64,000 nucleotides of DNA from positions 9,325 to 73,324 of the forward strand of contig JBDLIH010000006.1 of the NCBI GenBank assembly GCA_039714975.1. The letters are read 5' to 3'. Under the pieces are notes generated by a model that did not search any database, was not told where the DNA came from, and was given only the letters and a program-made list of their open reading frames with translations. A program made the translations under genes and the position numbers. Of the stretch, positions 11,251 through 22,431 are shown one piece after another (positions within the stretch are counted from its first letter, which is position 1; the number at the start of each line of letters is the position of its first letter). Origin of the DNA: Pseudomonadota bacterium (lineage in GTDB: Bacteria; Pseudomonadota; Gammaproteobacteria; UBA9214).

Positions 11251-12414
11251 CTACAGGGCCCGAACATTCAGCACACCTTCGATTGACGCAATGTGTTCCA
11301 GACAGACAGGCGTTGCCTCGGCGTCCACATCAACCAGTGTATAGGCCAGATCATTTCGCGATTTGTTTAACATATCGAGAATATTCAGCCCGGCATCTGC
11401 CATGCAGGTTGATATCTGGCCGAGCATGTTGGGCACATTCTCATTGACGATTGCCAGCCGGAAACCGCCGTTACGTGGCATCTGCATCTCGGGGAAATTC
11501 ACCGAATTCCTGACATTCCCGTTCTCAAGGAAGTCACGTACTTCTTCAGCCACCATAACAGCACAGTTTTCCTCGGCCTGTTGGGTAGAGGCACCCAGGT
11601 GCGGCAGGGTCACGACGCGCGGGTGATTCTTCAGCAGGTTGCTCGGGAAGTCACACACGTAGGCATACACCTTGCCGGAATCGATTGCAGCAACCACTGC
11701 CTCATCGTCCACGACACCATCACGTGAGAAGTTAAGGATTACCGCGTTGTCCCTGACCAGTTTGAGACGCTCGGTATTAACCATGTTGCGTGTTGCATCG
11801 ACCAGCGGTACGTGAAAGGTCACGTAGTCCACATTCGCCAGCAATTCCTCGATACTCGCCGCCTGGCGAACATCCGAAGACATCTGCCATGCGCTTTTGA
11901 CCGTGATCTCCGGGTCAAAGCCAATGACATTCATGCCCAGTGCAAGGGCACCATTGGCAACCTGTACCCCGATTGCACCCAGCCCGACCACGCCGAGCGT
12001 TTTGCCAGGCAATTCAAAACCGACAAACTGTTTCTTTCCAGCTTCTACCGCCTTGTGAATGGATGCATCATCCCCCTCAAGGGAACGGGAATAATCCCAC
12101 GCCTGGCAGAGGTTCCTGGATGCCATCAACATTCCGGCGATGACCAGTTCCTTGACTGCGTTCGCATTCGCGCCCGGGGCATTAAAGACCGGAATACCCG
12201 CCTGGCTCATGCGGTCCACCGGTATGTTGTTCACGCCCGCACCGGCACGGCCAATGGCCTTGACCGAATCCGGTACCTCCATGTCGTGCATATTAAAGGA
12301 ACGCAGCAGAATGGCATCCGGATGCTGGATCTCGGAGGCCACTTCATAGGAATCACGCGAAAAATGTTCCAGGCCCAGTGGAGAAATATTATTCAATGTC
12401 AGAATCTTTTTCAT
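11251..12414 (-). CDS. serA: D-3-phosphoglycerate dehydrogenase (ACT domain)
   Basis: RAGAGVNNIP, NAPGANANAVKE, GLGAIG, LPHLGAST, C-terminal ACT; follows serC. Confidence 0.92.
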   Translation of the reverse strand: MKKILTLNNISPLGLEHFSRDSYEVASEIQHPDAILLRSFNMHDMEVPDSVKAIGRAGAGVNNIPVDRMSQAGIPVFNAPGANANAVKELVIAGMLMASRNLCQAWDYSRSLEGDDASIHKAVEAGKKQFVGFELPGKTLGVVGLGAIGVQVANGALALGMNVIGFDPEITVKSAWQMSSDVRQAASIEELLANVDYVTFHVPLVDATRNMVNTERLKLVRDNAVILNFSRDGVVDDEAVVAAIDSGKVYAYVCDFPSNLLKNHPRVVTLPHLGASTQQAEENCAVMVAEEVRDFLENGNVRNSVNFPEMQMPRNGGFRLAIVNENVPNMLGQISTCMADAGLNILDMLNKSRNDLAYTLVDVDAEATPVCLEHIASIEGVLNVRAL

Positions 12415-12464
12415 TGTTACGCAGCTACCAGATATTCAGAAACCAGTGTGGTTCGTCCCGAGGC

Positions 12465-13547
12465 TTAAGCCCGTGCACGTTCAAACTCACCCATAAAATC
12501 AATCAGGGCATCAACACCCGCCTCCGGCATGGCATTGTAAATACTTGCACGCATGCCACCCACGGAACGGTGCCCCTTGAGATTCAGCAAGCCGGCTGCC
12601 TGCGCCTGCACCAGAAATTCTGCATCAAGCGAGTCGTCCGCCAGTGTGAACGGCACATTCATCCATGAACGGCAATCCACATCAACCGGGCTGTTATAAA
12701 ATCCACTCTGCTCGATCGCATCATACAGTCGCTGCGACTTGCGCCGGTTGATCCCGGCCATTGCGGCTACCCCGCCCTGCTGCTTCAGCTGCCTGAACAC
12801 CAGACCGGCAAGATACCAGCCATAGGTTGGTGGTGTATTCAGCATGGAACCATTATCGGCATGCAACTTGTAGTCATACATGGAAGGTGTGCCCGCTATC
12901 GTCTCGCCAGACAGGTCATCCCGAACGATCACCACCGTCAGTCCGGCCGGACCAATATTTTTCTGCGCACCGGCGTAGATCACACCGAAGCGTGATACAT
13001 CAATGGGCCGGGACAGAATGGTCGAGGACATATCGACCACCAGCGGCACGTCACCCGTTTCCGGCACCCAGTGAAATTCAACACCGCCGATGGTTTCGTT
13101 CGGTGTGTAGTGCAGATAGGCGGCATCGTTATTCAGTTGCCAGGAATCAAATGCAGGAATCGTGGTGAAGTTACTGTCTTCCGCTGAAGCAACAACATTG
13201 ACCTCACAGAAACGCCGGGCCTCGGCGATGGCCTTTTTTGACCAGGCGCCGGTATTCACATAGTCGGCCTGCTGCCTGCCCCTGAGCAGGTTCATCGGCA
13301 CCATGGCGAACTGGCTGGTGGCACCACCCTGAAGAAACAGTACGCGGTAATTATCGGGGATAGCCAGCAGCTCGCGCAGATCCGCCTCGGCCTGCTCGGC
13401 AATCGACAGATAGTCTTTGCTGCGGTGACTCATTTCCATCACCGACATGCCGGTACCGTGCCAGTCCAGCAATTCATCGCGCGCCTGTTCCAGCACGGCC
13501 CTGGGTAACACAGCGGGTCCGGCGCTGAAATTATAGATCGCAGACAT
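12465..13547 (-). CDS. serC: Phosphoserine aminotransferase
   Basis: YNFSAGPAVLP, SVMEMSHRS, YAGAQKNIGPAG, GHRSVGGMRASIYNA. Confidence 0.98.
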   Translation of the reverse strand: MSAIYNFSAGPAVLPRAVLEQARDELLDWHGTGMSVMEMSHRSKDYLSIAEQAEADLRELLAIPDNYRVLFLQGGATSQFAMVPMNLLRGRQQADYVNTGAWSKKAIAEARRFCEVNVVASAEDSNFTTIPAFDSWQLNNDAAYLHYTPNETIGGVEFHWVPETGDVPLVVDMSSTILSRPIDVSRFGVIYAGAQKNIGPAGLTVVIVRDDLSGETIAGTPSMYDYKLHADNGSMLNTPPTYGWYLAGLVFRQLKQQGGVAAMAGINRRKSQRLYDAIEQSGFYNSPVDVDCRSWMNVPFTLADDSLDAEFLVQAQAAGLLNLKGHRSVGGMRASIYNAMPEAGVDALIDFMGEFERARA

Positions 13548-13553
13548 CAGCAG

Positions 13554-16118
13554 TTACTCGTTTTCAGCCAGGTTCTGTTCGGTATCGGCATCATCCTTGT
13601 CCTCGACCACGCGTTCGATGCCGACAAGTTTTTCTCCATCAACCAGGGAGATCAGGCGTACGCCCTGGGTGTTTCTGCCCATGACAGAGATCTCGTTGAC
13701 CCGGGTGCGCACCAGTGTGCCACCACCGCTGATCAGCATCACTTCATCACTGTCATCTGCCGGCACAGCACCGATGACGGCACCATTTCTCTCGGTAATC
13801 TGGATGGCAATCACACCCTGTCCACCGCGGCCATAAACGGGGTAGTCATCTGCCGAGGTACGTTTGCCATAGCCATTTTCGGTTGCTGTCAGCACCGGGC
13901 TGTCACTGGCAATGATCAGGGAAATCACGCATTGTCCGGGTTGCAACCTGATGCCACGCACACCGCACGCCGTACGCCCCATGGCACGTACATCGTCTTC
14001 CCTGAAGCGAATAACCTTGCCGGCATTGCTGAACAGCATGATGTCACGCGAACCATCCGTGATCGCCACATCAATCAGGTAATCCCCGTCACGCAAATCA
14101 AGGCCTATGATGCCGTTGGCGCGCGGACGGGAAAAACCGGACAGTGCGGACTTCTTCACAGTACCCATCGCAGTGGCCATGAAGACATAGTGATCTTCAG
14201 AGAACTCACGAACCGGCAGGATCGCATTGATTCGTTCATCCGCTTCCAGCGGCAACAGGTTTACGATCGGTTTGCCACGTGACGCACGGCTGGCCTGTGG
14301 CAGTTCGTAAACCTTGAGCCAGTAGACCTTGCCGCGACTGGAAAAGCACAGGATCGTATCGTGGGTACTGGCAATGAAAAGCTTGTCAATAAAATCCTCT
14401 TCCTTGACCCCGGCCGCACTCTTGCCGCGCCCGCCACGGCGCTGGGCACGGTAATCGGACAACGGCTGGGATTTTGCGTAGCCTGCATGTGACAGCGTGA
14501 CCACTACGTCTTCCTCGGTGATCAGGTCTTCCAGCGTCAGATCCAGGTGATCGGTGAGAATTTCCGTGCGACGTTCATCACCGAACTGATCACGCAGTTC
14601 TTCCAGCTCCTCCCGTATCACCTGCATCAGGCGATCCGGGTTCTGCAGAATCGCCAGCAGCTCATCGATCAGATCGAGCAGTTCCTTGTACTCATTAACG
14701 ATCTTGTCCTGTTCCAGACCGGTCAGCTGGTGCAGGCGCAGATCCAGGATGGCCTGTGTTTGTGTCTCGGACAAGCGGTAACCGTCTTCCACCATGCCGA
14801 ATCCGGCTTCCAGGTCATCGGGACGTGATGCATCGGCGCCACTGCGTTGCAACATACCGGTCACGGCACCCGGTTCCCAGCTGCGCTCCATCAATGCCTG
14901 CTTGGCAACGGCGCGATTGGGCGAGGACTTGATAAGCCTGATGACTTCATCAATGTTTGACAGCGCAACAGCCAGGCCTTCCAGGATATGTGCCCGTTGG
15001 CGCGCCTTGCGCAGATCGAACACAGTGCGCCGGGTCACCACATCGCGACGATGACGGATAAAGGCTTCCAGGCACTGCTTCAGGTTCAGCAGTTGCGGAC
15101 GACCATCGACCAGCGCCACCATGTTGATGCCGAAGACATTCTGCAGCTGGGTATGCTGGTAGAGGTTATTCAGTACCACTTCGGCCACTTCACCGCGCTT
15201 CAGGTCCACCACCATGCGCATGCCGTCTTTATCCGATTCATCACGCAGACCGGAGATACCCTCGATCTTCTTGTCCTTGACCAGCTCGGCAATCTTTTCC
15301 AGCAGGCGCGCCTTGTTGACCTGGTAAGGCAGCTCGGTAAATACCAGTTTCTGCCGGCCCTTGTCATTTTCCTCGACATGGCTGCGCGCACGTATATGAA
15401 TACGACCACGGCCGGTACGGTAGGCTTCATGAATCCCGCGTACACCATTGATGATACCGGCGGTTGGAAAATCCGGGCCCGGGATGTATTCCATCAGGCC
15501 GGGTATATCAATCCCGGAGTTATCAATCAGTGCCAGACAGGCATTGATTACTTCAGTCAGGTTATGCGGTGGAATATTGGTCGCCATACCCACGGCGATA
15601 CCGGCAGAGCCGTTGACCAGCAGGTTGGGAACACGCGTCGGGAAAACCGAGGGTTCATGTTCGGTCTCGTCGTAGTTGGCAACGAAATCGACGGTTTCCT
15701 TGTCAAGGTCGGCAATCAGTTCATGCGCGATCTTTGCCATGCGCACTTCGGTGTAACGCATGGCGGCCGGCGAATCACCATCCACGGAACCGAAGTTGCC
15801 CTGCCCGTCCACCAGCATGTAACGCAGCGAAAACGGTTGTGCCATGCGCACGATGGTGTCGTACACCGCAGTGTCACCGTGCGGGTGATATTTACCAATC
15901 ACGTCACCGACGATGCGGGCCGATTTTTTGTAAGGCTTGTTCCAGTCGTTATTGAGTTCACTCATGGCGAACAGGGCACGCCGATGAACCGGTTTCAGGC
16001 CATCGCGCACATCCGGCAAGGCGCGTCCCACGATTACGCTCATGGCGTAATCGAGGTAAGACTGTTTCATCTCGTCTTCGAGATTGACGGGCAGAATTTC
16101 TTTTGCGAAATCGGTCAT
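13554..16118 (-). CDS. gyrA: DNA gyrase subunit A
   Basis: [39 protein letters not shown], GyrA box QRRGGRG. Confidence 0.99.
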   Translation of the reverse strand: MTDFAKEILPVNLEDEMKQSYLDYAMSVIVGRALPDVRDGLKPVHRRALFAMSELNNDWNKPYKKSARIVGDVIGKYHPHGDTAVYDTIVRMAQPFSLRYMLVDGQGNFGSVDGDSPAAMRYTEVRMAKIAHELIADLDKETVDFVANYDETEHEPSVFPTRVPNLLVNGSAGIAVGMATNIPPHNLTEVINACLALIDNSGIDIPGLMEYIPGPDFPTAGIINGVRGIHEAYRTGRGRIHIRARSHVEENDKGRQKLVFTELPYQVNKARLLEKIAELVKDKKIEGISGLRDESDKDGMRMVVDLKRGEVAEVVLNNLYQHTQLQNVFGINMVALVDGRPQLLNLKQCLEAFIRHRRDVVTRRTVFDLRKARQRAHILEGLAVALSNIDEVIRLIKSSPNRAVAKQALMERSWEPGAVTGMLQRSGADASRPDDLEAGFGMVEDGYRLSETQTQAILDLRLHQLTGLEQDKIVNEYKELLDLIDELLAILQNPDRLMQVIREELEELRDQFGDERRTEILTDHLDLTLEDLITEEDVVVTLSHAGYAKSQPLSDYRAQRRGGRGKSAAGVKEEDFIDKLFIASTHDTILCFSSRGKVYWLKVYELPQASRASRGKPIVNLLPLEADERINAILPVREFSEDHYVFMATAMGTVKKSALSGFSRPRANGIIGLDLRDGDYLIDVAITDGSRDIMLFSNAGKVIRFREDDVRAMGRTACGVRGIRLQPGQCVISLIIASDSPVLTATENGYGKRTSADDYPVYGRGGQGVIAIQITERNGAVIGAVPADDSDEVMLISGGGTLVRTRVNEISVMGRNTQGVRLISLVDGEKLVGIERVVEDKDDADTEQNLAENE

Positions 16119-16327
16119 TTGGCGGGGGTTAGTGCTCTATCAATGTGATAATTACGGATTCAGCGTCCCTGTTCAGGTGTTTTCAGGCTGCAAACCGCTT
16201 TTGACGGCACCGACAGCAATAAAGACCGTTAATTTTAGCACAGTCGTCTCCCCCACTACACCAGAAAAATATCGCTTTCTGGCGTCACTGAGGCCCTCTA
16301 TCGGGAAAACGGGCAAACTGCGGGAAT

Positions 16328-17380
16328 TTAGTCCTGCAGGCAAGCACTCTTATGCAGAGCCATCAGTTTTTCGTAGCTCGGGGCCTCGATCACGCCGGCT
16401 TCCGTGACTAAAAAATCGACCAGCCCGGCGGGCGTCACATCAAAGGCCGGATTCCAGGCCGTCGCACCACTGGCGGCCACCGGCTGACCGGCCAGGCTAA
16501 GCACTTCCGACTCGGGGCGCTGCTCAATGGTCACCTGGCGACCATCCGGCATCGCCATGTCCAGCGTGGACAGCGGTGCGACGACCATCATCTTCACTCC
16601 ATGATAACGACAGGCCACAGCCAGCTGACAAGTACCGATCTTGTTGATAACATCACCATTGGCAGCTACCCGGTCAGCACCTGTAATGACCCACTGCACC
16701 CGCCTGGACTGCATCAGGTATGACGCCGCATGATCGGGAATCAGGGTCACCGGAATACCATCCTGCAGCAGCTCCCAGGCGGTCAGGCGTGCACCCTGCA
16801 ACCAGGGGCGTGTCTCGCCAGCAAAGACTGTATGCACCTTTCGGGCCGCCCAGGCACTGCGCACGACGCCCAGTGCAGTGCCGTAGCCACCTGTCGCCAG
16901 TGAACCGGCATTGCAATGCGTCAACAGCGAATCCCCTTTACTAATAAGGTGTGCGCCATACTCGCCCATACGCCGGTTTGCCTCAATATCCTCGGCATGG
17001 ATGCGGCGGGCCTCTTCCAGCAGGGCGGCAACCGGCATTTCACCCGCCGTGGACAGACGTGCCTGCATGCGTTCCAGTGCCCATGCCAGATTGACAGCGG
17101 TCGGTCGCGCATCAGCCAGCCGCTGAATATCCCTCTGCAGCAGGGTGCGCCAGTCGCCCGGCGAAGCTGTCGTATGTTGCTGTGCCGAAAGAACGACCGC
17201 ATAGGCAGCAGTAATACCGATGGCCGGAGCGCCACGCACCACCATGTCACGGATGGCATCGGCCACGGCGGTCGCATCCACAAAATCGAGGTAGATTTCA
17301 TCATGTGGCAAGCGCCGTTGGTCGAGCAAACGCAGGCCCGAGTCGGTCCAGCTAATGGCCTGAAATGAAGATTTCATCAC
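16328..17380 (-). CDS. mtnA: S-methyl-5-thioribose-1-phosphate isomerase
   Basis: LDQRRLP, MVVRGAPAIG, ARPTAVNL, LTHCNAGSLAT, ETRPWLQGARLT, NPAFDVTP. Confidence 0.96.
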   Translation of the reverse strand: MMKSSFQAISWTDSGLRLLDQRRLPHDEIYLDFVDATAVADAIRDMVVRGAPAIGITAAYAVVLSAQQHTTASPGDWRTLLQRDIQRLADARPTAVNLAWALERMQARLSTAGEMPVAALLEEARRIHAEDIEANRRMGEYGAHLISKGDSLLTHCNAGSLATGGYGTALGVVRSAWAARKVHTVFAGETRPWLQGARLTAWELLQDGIPVTLIPDHAASYLMQSRRVQWVITGADRVAANGDVINKIGTCQLAVACRYHGVKMMVVAPLSTLDMAMPDGRQVTIEQRPESEVLSLAGQPVAASGATAWNPAFDVTPAGLVDFLVTEAGVIEAPSYEKLMALHKSACLQD

Positions 17381-17551
17381 TGTTTGTAAGGCCTTTGGCC
17401 CTCCGTCTATACCCCGATTAGGGGTATTTTACTGATTCCATATGAAAAAACAGTTGTACAGGGGGCTGGCGTCCGGATAAATTTACGTCTAGAATGCGTT
17501 CCCAGCAATGCCTCTTACCCCTCAACTACCAACACCACAGGAGTGGATAAA

Positions 17552-18187
17552 ATGAAGATTGATTATCGCATCGGAGGTCTGGTCACCTCAATTGCTGCCG
17601 GCGTGTTGTTTGCAAGTGCAGCAATCGCCCACGAAGGCGGTCAGGCGAATAATAGCTATGTCGGCGACTCATCCGGCCAAAACGTGATGGACAGCAGTGG
17701 CGACTGTGTGCGCACCAGCTCATGGAAAACCGAAGACATGACAGTCGAGTGTGGCGCAGAGCCGCCGGCACCTGAAGTTAAAGCTGTAGAACCTCCTCCT
17801 CCTCCTCCTCCACCTGTCGTCATGTATGAAAAGACCACCATGTCGACATCGGCGCTGTTTGACTTCGACAGTGCCACACTGAAAGAAGCAGGCAAGGTCG
17901 CACTGCAAGAACTGGCTGACGATATCAAGGCCAAGAGTGGCAAGGTTGTCGATATTGACATCATCGGTCACACCGACAGCACCGGTCCTGAAGACTACAA
18001 CCAGGGCCTGTCAGAGCGCCGTGCCCAGTCTGTTGCCGATTACGTCATCAGCGAAGGCGTTGACGGGAGCATCATTGATGTTAGCGGTGATGGTGAGAAC
18101 AATCCGATCGCCAGCAACGATACCCGTGAAGGCCGTGCTGAAAACCGCCGCGTGGATATCAACGTTGGTGTAGAACAGCCTCAATAA
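17552..18187 (+). CDS. OmpA-family peptidoglycan-binding protein
   Basis: Signal peptide, GDCVRT..W..EC, poly-Pro linker, LFDFD, GHTDSTG.EDYNQGLSERRA, NRRVDI; AGGAG RBS. Confidence 0.92.
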   Translation: MKIDYRIGGLVTSIAAGVLFASAAIAHEGGQANNSYVGDSSGQNVMDSSGDCVRTSSWKTEDMTVECGAEPPAPEVKAVEPPPPPPPPVVMYEKTTMSTSALFDFDSATLKEAGKVALQELADDIKAKSGKVVDIDIIGHTDSTGPEDYNQGLSERRAQSVADYVISEGVDGSIIDVSGDGENNPIASNDTREGRAENRRVDINVGVEQPQ

Positions 18188-18209
18188 CGTCATATCAAGT
18201 ATCGGTATC

Positions 18210-18245
18210 AAACCCACCGTCCGCATCGCGGCCGGTGGGTTTTTT
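18210..18245 (+). terminator. Rho-independent terminator of the OmpA-family gene
   Basis: AAACCCACCG-loop-CGGTGGGT followed by T run. Confidence 0.8.
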
Positions 18246-18331
18246 ATGCCCGAGATAAAATGCAGGCACCCTCAAGCTACCTGCTGTCAGGTGCCTCCGT
18301 TATACTTCCCTGACAGGCACAGAGCCATCGC

Positions 18332-19645
18332 ATGACTGCTATCGATACACTTATTCATAGCCGCTGGATTGCACCGGTAGAACCGGCTGCGACCATCCTC
18401 GAACATCATAGTGCGGCCATTCACGAAGGTCGCATTCTGGACATCCTGCCGACCGAACAGGCACTCTCGTCCTACACTGCAACTGTTGAACACGCACTGG
18501 ATCGCCACCTGCTCATCCCCGGTCTGATTAACGCTCACACCCATGCCGCCATGTCACTGTTACGCGGACTGGCCGATGACCTGCCACTGCACGAGTGGCT
18601 TAACGACCACATCTGGCCTGCAGAATCCCGCTGGGTCAATGAAGAGTTCGTACATGACGGGACACAACTCGCCATGGCTGAGATGCTGCGCAGCGGGACG
18701 ACCTGTTTCAATGACATGTACTACTTTCCGGACATCACCGCACGTGCTGCCGCCAGCTGCGGCATGCGCGCCAGCGTCGGACTGATTGTGATCGACTTTC
18801 CGACGGTATGGGCACACGATGCCGATGAATACATCTCAAAGGGACTTGCCGTACACGACCAGTACCGCAGCGACCCGTTGATTACAACACTGTTTGCGCC
18901 GCATGCACCCTACTCGGTCTCGGACCAGCCACTGGAACACGTTCGCGTACTTGCAGATGAACTGGATATTGGCATCCACATACATGTCCACGAAACCGCT
19001 GACGAAGTCAACAAGGCCATCGAACTGAACGGCAAACGCCCTTTGACGCGTTTACATGAGCTCGGACTGATCTCGCCTGCCATGCTGGCGGTTCACATGA
19101 CACAAATGACTACAGAAGAAATCAGCCAGTATGCCGCCAGCGGCGGTCACGTGGTGCACTGTCCCGAGTCCAACCTGAAACTGGCCAGCGGCTTCTGCCC
19201 GGTGCAGTCATTGATGGCAACCGGGATCAATGTCGCCCTGGGTACTGACAGTGCTGCCAGCAACAATGATCTTGATATGCTGGGTGAAATGCGTACCGCG
19301 GCACTGCTGGGCAAGGCGGTTTGCAATGATGCCAGCGCCCTGCCCGCACACACTATCCTGGAAATGGCGACACTAAATGGCGCAAAGGCACTGGGCATCG
19401 AGGAGGATGTCGGGTCACTGATAACAGGAAAATGGGCCGACATCGCCGCCGTACGCCTGGATACCATTGAAACCCAACCAGTCTATGATCCGGTCTCGCA
19501 ACTGGTGTACGCTAGCGGGCGCGAACAGGTGACCGACGTCTGGGTAGCTGGCCAGCACCTGTTAAAGGATCGTCGCCTGACAACACTGGATGGCGAAGAT
19601 ATCCTGGAGCACGCACGCAACTGGAAAAATCGAATCCGCACATAG
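18332..19645 (+). CDS. mtaD: TRZ/ATZ-family amidohydrolase (5-methylthioadenosine/S-adenosylhomocysteine deaminase-like)
   Basis: PGLINAHTH, GTTCFNDMY, HAPY, HVHET, HCPESNLKLASG, LGTDSAASNN; next to mtnA and ubiG. Confidence 0.85.
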   Translation: MTAIDTLIHSRWIAPVEPAATILEHHSAAIHEGRILDILPTEQALSSYTATVEHALDRHLLIPGLINAHTHAAMSLLRGLADDLPLHEWLNDHIWPAESRWVNEEFVHDGTQLAMAEMLRSGTTCFNDMYYFPDITARAAASCGMRASVGLIVIDFPTVWAHDADEYISKGLAVHDQYRSDPLITTLFAPHAPYSVSDQPLEHVRVLADELDIGIHIHVHETADEVNKAIELNGKRPLTRLHELGLISPAMLAVHMTQMTTEEISQYAASGGHVVHCPESNLKLASGFCPVQSLMATGINVALGTDSAASNNDLDMLGEMRTAALLGKAVCNDASALPAHTILEMATLNGAKALGIEEDVGSLITGKWADIAAVRLDTIETQPVYDPVSQLVYASGREQVTDVWVAGQHLLKDRRLTTLDGEDILEHARNWKNRIRT

Positions 19646-19652
19646 GTAAACC

Positions 19653-20360
19653 ATGACAACAGCAACACACAACGTCGATCCCGGCGAAATTGAAAAATTT
19701 GAAAAACTGGCTGGACGCTGGTGGGATCCGAACAGTGAATTCAAACCACTGCATGATATCAATCCGCTACGACTCGACTATATTGACAAACTCGCTCCCC
19801 TTGCCGACAGGCGTGTGATCGACGTCGGTTGCGGCGGCGGCCTGCTCACTGAAGGCATGGCCAATCGCGGTGCGCAGGTCATCGGCATTGACATGGGCAA
19901 GGCACCCTTGAGCGTCGCCCGCCTTCACCAGCATGAATCGGGCCTTGATATCGATTACCGGCAAGCGACTGCCGAGCAACTGGCCACTGAACAGGCAGCC
20001 GGTTTTGACACAGTGACCTGCATGGAGATGCTGGAACATGTACCGGACCCGGCCGCAACGATTGCCGCCTGTGCACAGTTAATCGGGGATAATGGCCGGG
20101 TATTCCTGTCCACCATCAATCGCAACCCCAAGGCTTACCTGTTTGCAGTGATTGGCGCTGAATACCTGCTGCGACTGCTACCCAGGGGCACCCATGACTA
20201 TTCAAAATTTATTCGCCCCTCGGAAATGGAGGCATGGGCCCGGGAAGCCGGCCTGCAACTGGTTGATCTCACCGGTATGAGCTATAACCCGCTGACACAG
20301 GAATACACTCTTGGCACTGATGTGTCGGTCAATTACCTGGCCTGCTTCCGCAAAGCCTGA
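19653..20360 (+). CDS. ubiG: Ubiquinone biosynthesis O-methyltransferase
   Basis: NVDPGEIEKF, WWD..SEFKPLHDINPLRL, DVGCGGG, CMEMLEHVPDP. Confidence 0.97.
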   Translation: MTTATHNVDPGEIEKFEKLAGRWWDPNSEFKPLHDINPLRLDYIDKLAPLADRRVIDVGCGGGLLTEGMANRGAQVIGIDMGKAPLSVARLHQHESGLDIDYRQATAEQLATEQAAGFDTVTCMEMLEHVPDPAATIAACAQLIGDNGRVFLSTINRNPKAYLFAVIGAEYLLRLLPRGTHDYSKFIRPSEMEAWAREAGLQLVDLTGMSYNPLTQEYTLGTDVSVNYLACFRKA

Positions 20361-20373
20361 CAGATTCCGCATC

Positions 20374-21051
20374 ATGTCCATTACAGACATTCGTACCGTC
20401 CTGTTCGATCTGGACGGGACATTACTGGACACCGCACCGGACCTGGCTGCCGCCCTGAATACCGTCCTTGAAGAAAATCAACGGGCAGCATTGCCATTTG
20501 ATTACATCCGCCCGGTTGTTTCGCACGGCGGTATCGCACTCATCAAACTCGGCTTCGAACTGCAACAGGACGACCCGTGTTTTGAATCTTTACGTAAACG
20601 GCTACTGGCTGTGTATCGTGAAAATATTTCCCGTCACACGACCCTGTTCCCGGGTATGGATGCAGTCCTGCAGGAAATTGAACAACGTGGACTCAACTGG
20701 GGCGTAGTCACCAACAAGCCGGGCTGGCTGACCGATCCATTGTTAAAAGACCTGCAACTGTATGACCGTGCCACCTGTGTGGTCAGCGGCGACACCCTGC
20801 AGGAACGCAAACCCCATCCTGCCCCCTTGTTGCATGCCTGCACACTGGCCAACAGTCTGCCCGAACAGTGTCTCTACGTCGGTGATGCACAGCGTGACAT
20901 TGAAGCCGGGGAAAACGCGGGCATGTACACAATGGTTGCACTGTTCGGTTACTTCACCGACGAGGATCAGCCACATACCTGGGGGGCAAGCCATACAATT
21001 GATGAACCCGCAGAACTGCTGACCTGGCTCGACAAAGGCCACACCCCATGA
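20374..21051 (+). CDS. gph: HAD phosphatase, phosphoglycolate phosphatase/MupP-like
   Basis: LFDLDGTLLDTAPDL, VTNKP, RKPHPAP, YVGDAQRDIEAG; follows ubiG. Confidence 0.85.
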   Translation: MSITDIRTVLFDLDGTLLDTAPDLAAALNTVLEENQRAALPFDYIRPVVSHGGIALIKLGFELQQDDPCFESLRKRLLAVYRENISRHTTLFPGMDAVLQEIEQRGLNWGVVTNKPGWLTDPLLKDLQLYDRATCVVSGDTLQERKPHPAPLLHACTLANSLPEQCLYVGDAQRDIEAGENAGMYTMVALFGYFTDEDQPHTWGASHTIDEPAELLTWLDKGHTP

Positions 21052-22328
21052 CAATCAACGAGGTCACCTTCCTGATTCTGGTCGTTGTTATCTCGCTGGA
21101 AATCGGGGCACTGGCAGCCTACCTCATGGAAAACCGGAAATATAACAGGCTGCGAGACAAGTACACGCACCTGCTCACCGCACTGGAATACGAACGCAGA
21201 ACAGCTGAACACAAAGAGTCCACTTACCGGGAGACCACCCGCTCTCTGAAGGATACGTTCAACACACTGGCCGGGAATGCGCTGAAAGACAATACCGCCC
21301 GGTTCCTGCAACTGGCGCATGAAAACATGAAGCAGTTCCAGATCAGGGCCGAGGATGACCTCAACCAGAAGGAAAAAGCGATCGAATGGCTGGTAAAACC
21401 AATCAAGGACGCGCTCGACAAGACCGAGAGCGAAATGCGGCGTATGGAGAATGAACGCAAACAGGCGCAGGGCGCCTTGACCCGGCACCTGGAATCCATC
21501 GCCGAATCACACAAATTACTGCAATCGGAAACACGCAACCTGGTGCAGGCCCTGCGCCGTCCGGAAGTCCGCGGGCAATGGGGTGAACTGACACTGAGGC
21601 GTCTTGCCGAGCTGGCCGGCATGGTTGAGCATTGTGACTTCCATGAACAGGAATCAGTGCAAACCGAACAGGGACAACAACGCCCGGACATGGTAGTGCG
21701 AATGCCGGACAAGCGCGAGATTGTCGTTGATGCCAAGACACCACTCGACGCCTACCTGTCAGCCGTTGAGAGCACCGACGATAACGAACGCAAGAGCCAC
21801 CTGGAGCGCCATGCACGCAATGTGCGCGCCCGTATCAAGGAACTTTCCAGCAAGGCCTACTGGCAGCAATTCAAGTTCAGCCCCGACTTCGTCGTGCTGT
21901 TCATCCCCGGCGACCAGTTCCTGACTGCCGCACTGGAATGCGAGCATGCATTGATTGAAGAGGCCCTGACACAGAATGTCATCCTCGCCACACCCACCAG
22001 CCTTGTCGCACTGCTGCGTGCCGTGGCCTATGGCTGGCGTCAGGAAGTTCTCGCCGAGAACGCCGAAACCATCCGCGAGGTTGGCCAGGAAATGTACGGC
22101 CGCCTGACCACCTTTGCCGAACACCTGTCGAAGCTGGGCCGCAGTCTGGACAACAGTGTCGATGCCTTCAACAAAACCGTTGGCTCCTATGACTCACGTG
22201 TCCTCCCGGGAGCAAGGAAGTTCACGGAAATGGGTATTTCCGCGAAAAAGGAACTGCCCCGGGTCGAGCAGATCGAGCGTGCCACCCGCCTCGTCGGGCC
22301 ACAGGACGCAGTCGAAAAAACCGGTTAG
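21048..22328 (+). CDS. rmuC: DNA recombination protein RmuC
   Basis: N-terminal TM plus coiled coil, RGQWGE, RPDMVV.MP, VDAKTPL, PDFVVLFIPG, ATPTSL. Confidence 0.93.
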   Translation: MTINEVTFLILVVVISLEIGALAAYLMENRKYNRLRDKYTHLLTALEYERRTAEHKESTYRETTRSLKDTFNTLAGNALKDNTARFLQLAHENMKQFQIRAEDDLNQKEKAIEWLVKPIKDALDKTESEMRRMENERKQAQGALTRHLESIAESHKLLQSETRNLVQALRRPEVRGQWGELTLRRLAELAGMVEHCDFHEQESVQTEQGQQRPDMVVRMPDKREIVVDAKTPLDAYLSAVESTDDNERKSHLERHARNVRARIKELSSKAYWQQFKFSPDFVVLFIPGDQFLTAALECEHALIEEALTQNVILATPTSLVALLRAVAYGWRQEVLAENAETIREVGQEMYGRLTTFAEHLSKLGRSLDNSVDAFNKTVGSYDSRVLPGARKFTEMGISAKKELPRVEQIERATRLVGPQDAVEKTG

Positions 22329-22360
22329 CAACACCAACCTCCCGGCCCCGGTTCCCGCAG

Positions 22361-22425
22361 TGTGAATATGTCACACTATTCGCGTGAATACCTCATACCT
22401 GCATGTGGCCTCCCATTACTATCCT
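22361..22425 (+). promoter_or_regulatory. Double-box promoter P1 (TGTGA-N5-TCACA, 7 nt, CGTGA-N5-TCATA, 22 nt, TATCCT)
   Basis: Same architecture at 23371, 30004 and 31107. Confidence 0.6.
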
Positions 22426-22431
22426 TAGGTT

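Noticed and set aside
15860-15900. GyrA QRDR Thr at the Ser83-equivalent position ([10 protein letters not shown])
   Set aside because: Thr is wild type in Pseudomonas and many Gammaproteobacteria; not evidence of resistance
14988-16148. 386-aa plus-strand ORF
   Set aside because: Antisense shadow of gyrA with no motifs; the same applies to long shadow ORFs opposite manC, rpsA, aroA, serA, smc and acs
17792-17815. CCT trinucleotide run in the OmpA-family gene
   Set aside because: Ordinary in-frame poly-Pro linker; length changes would not shift the frame
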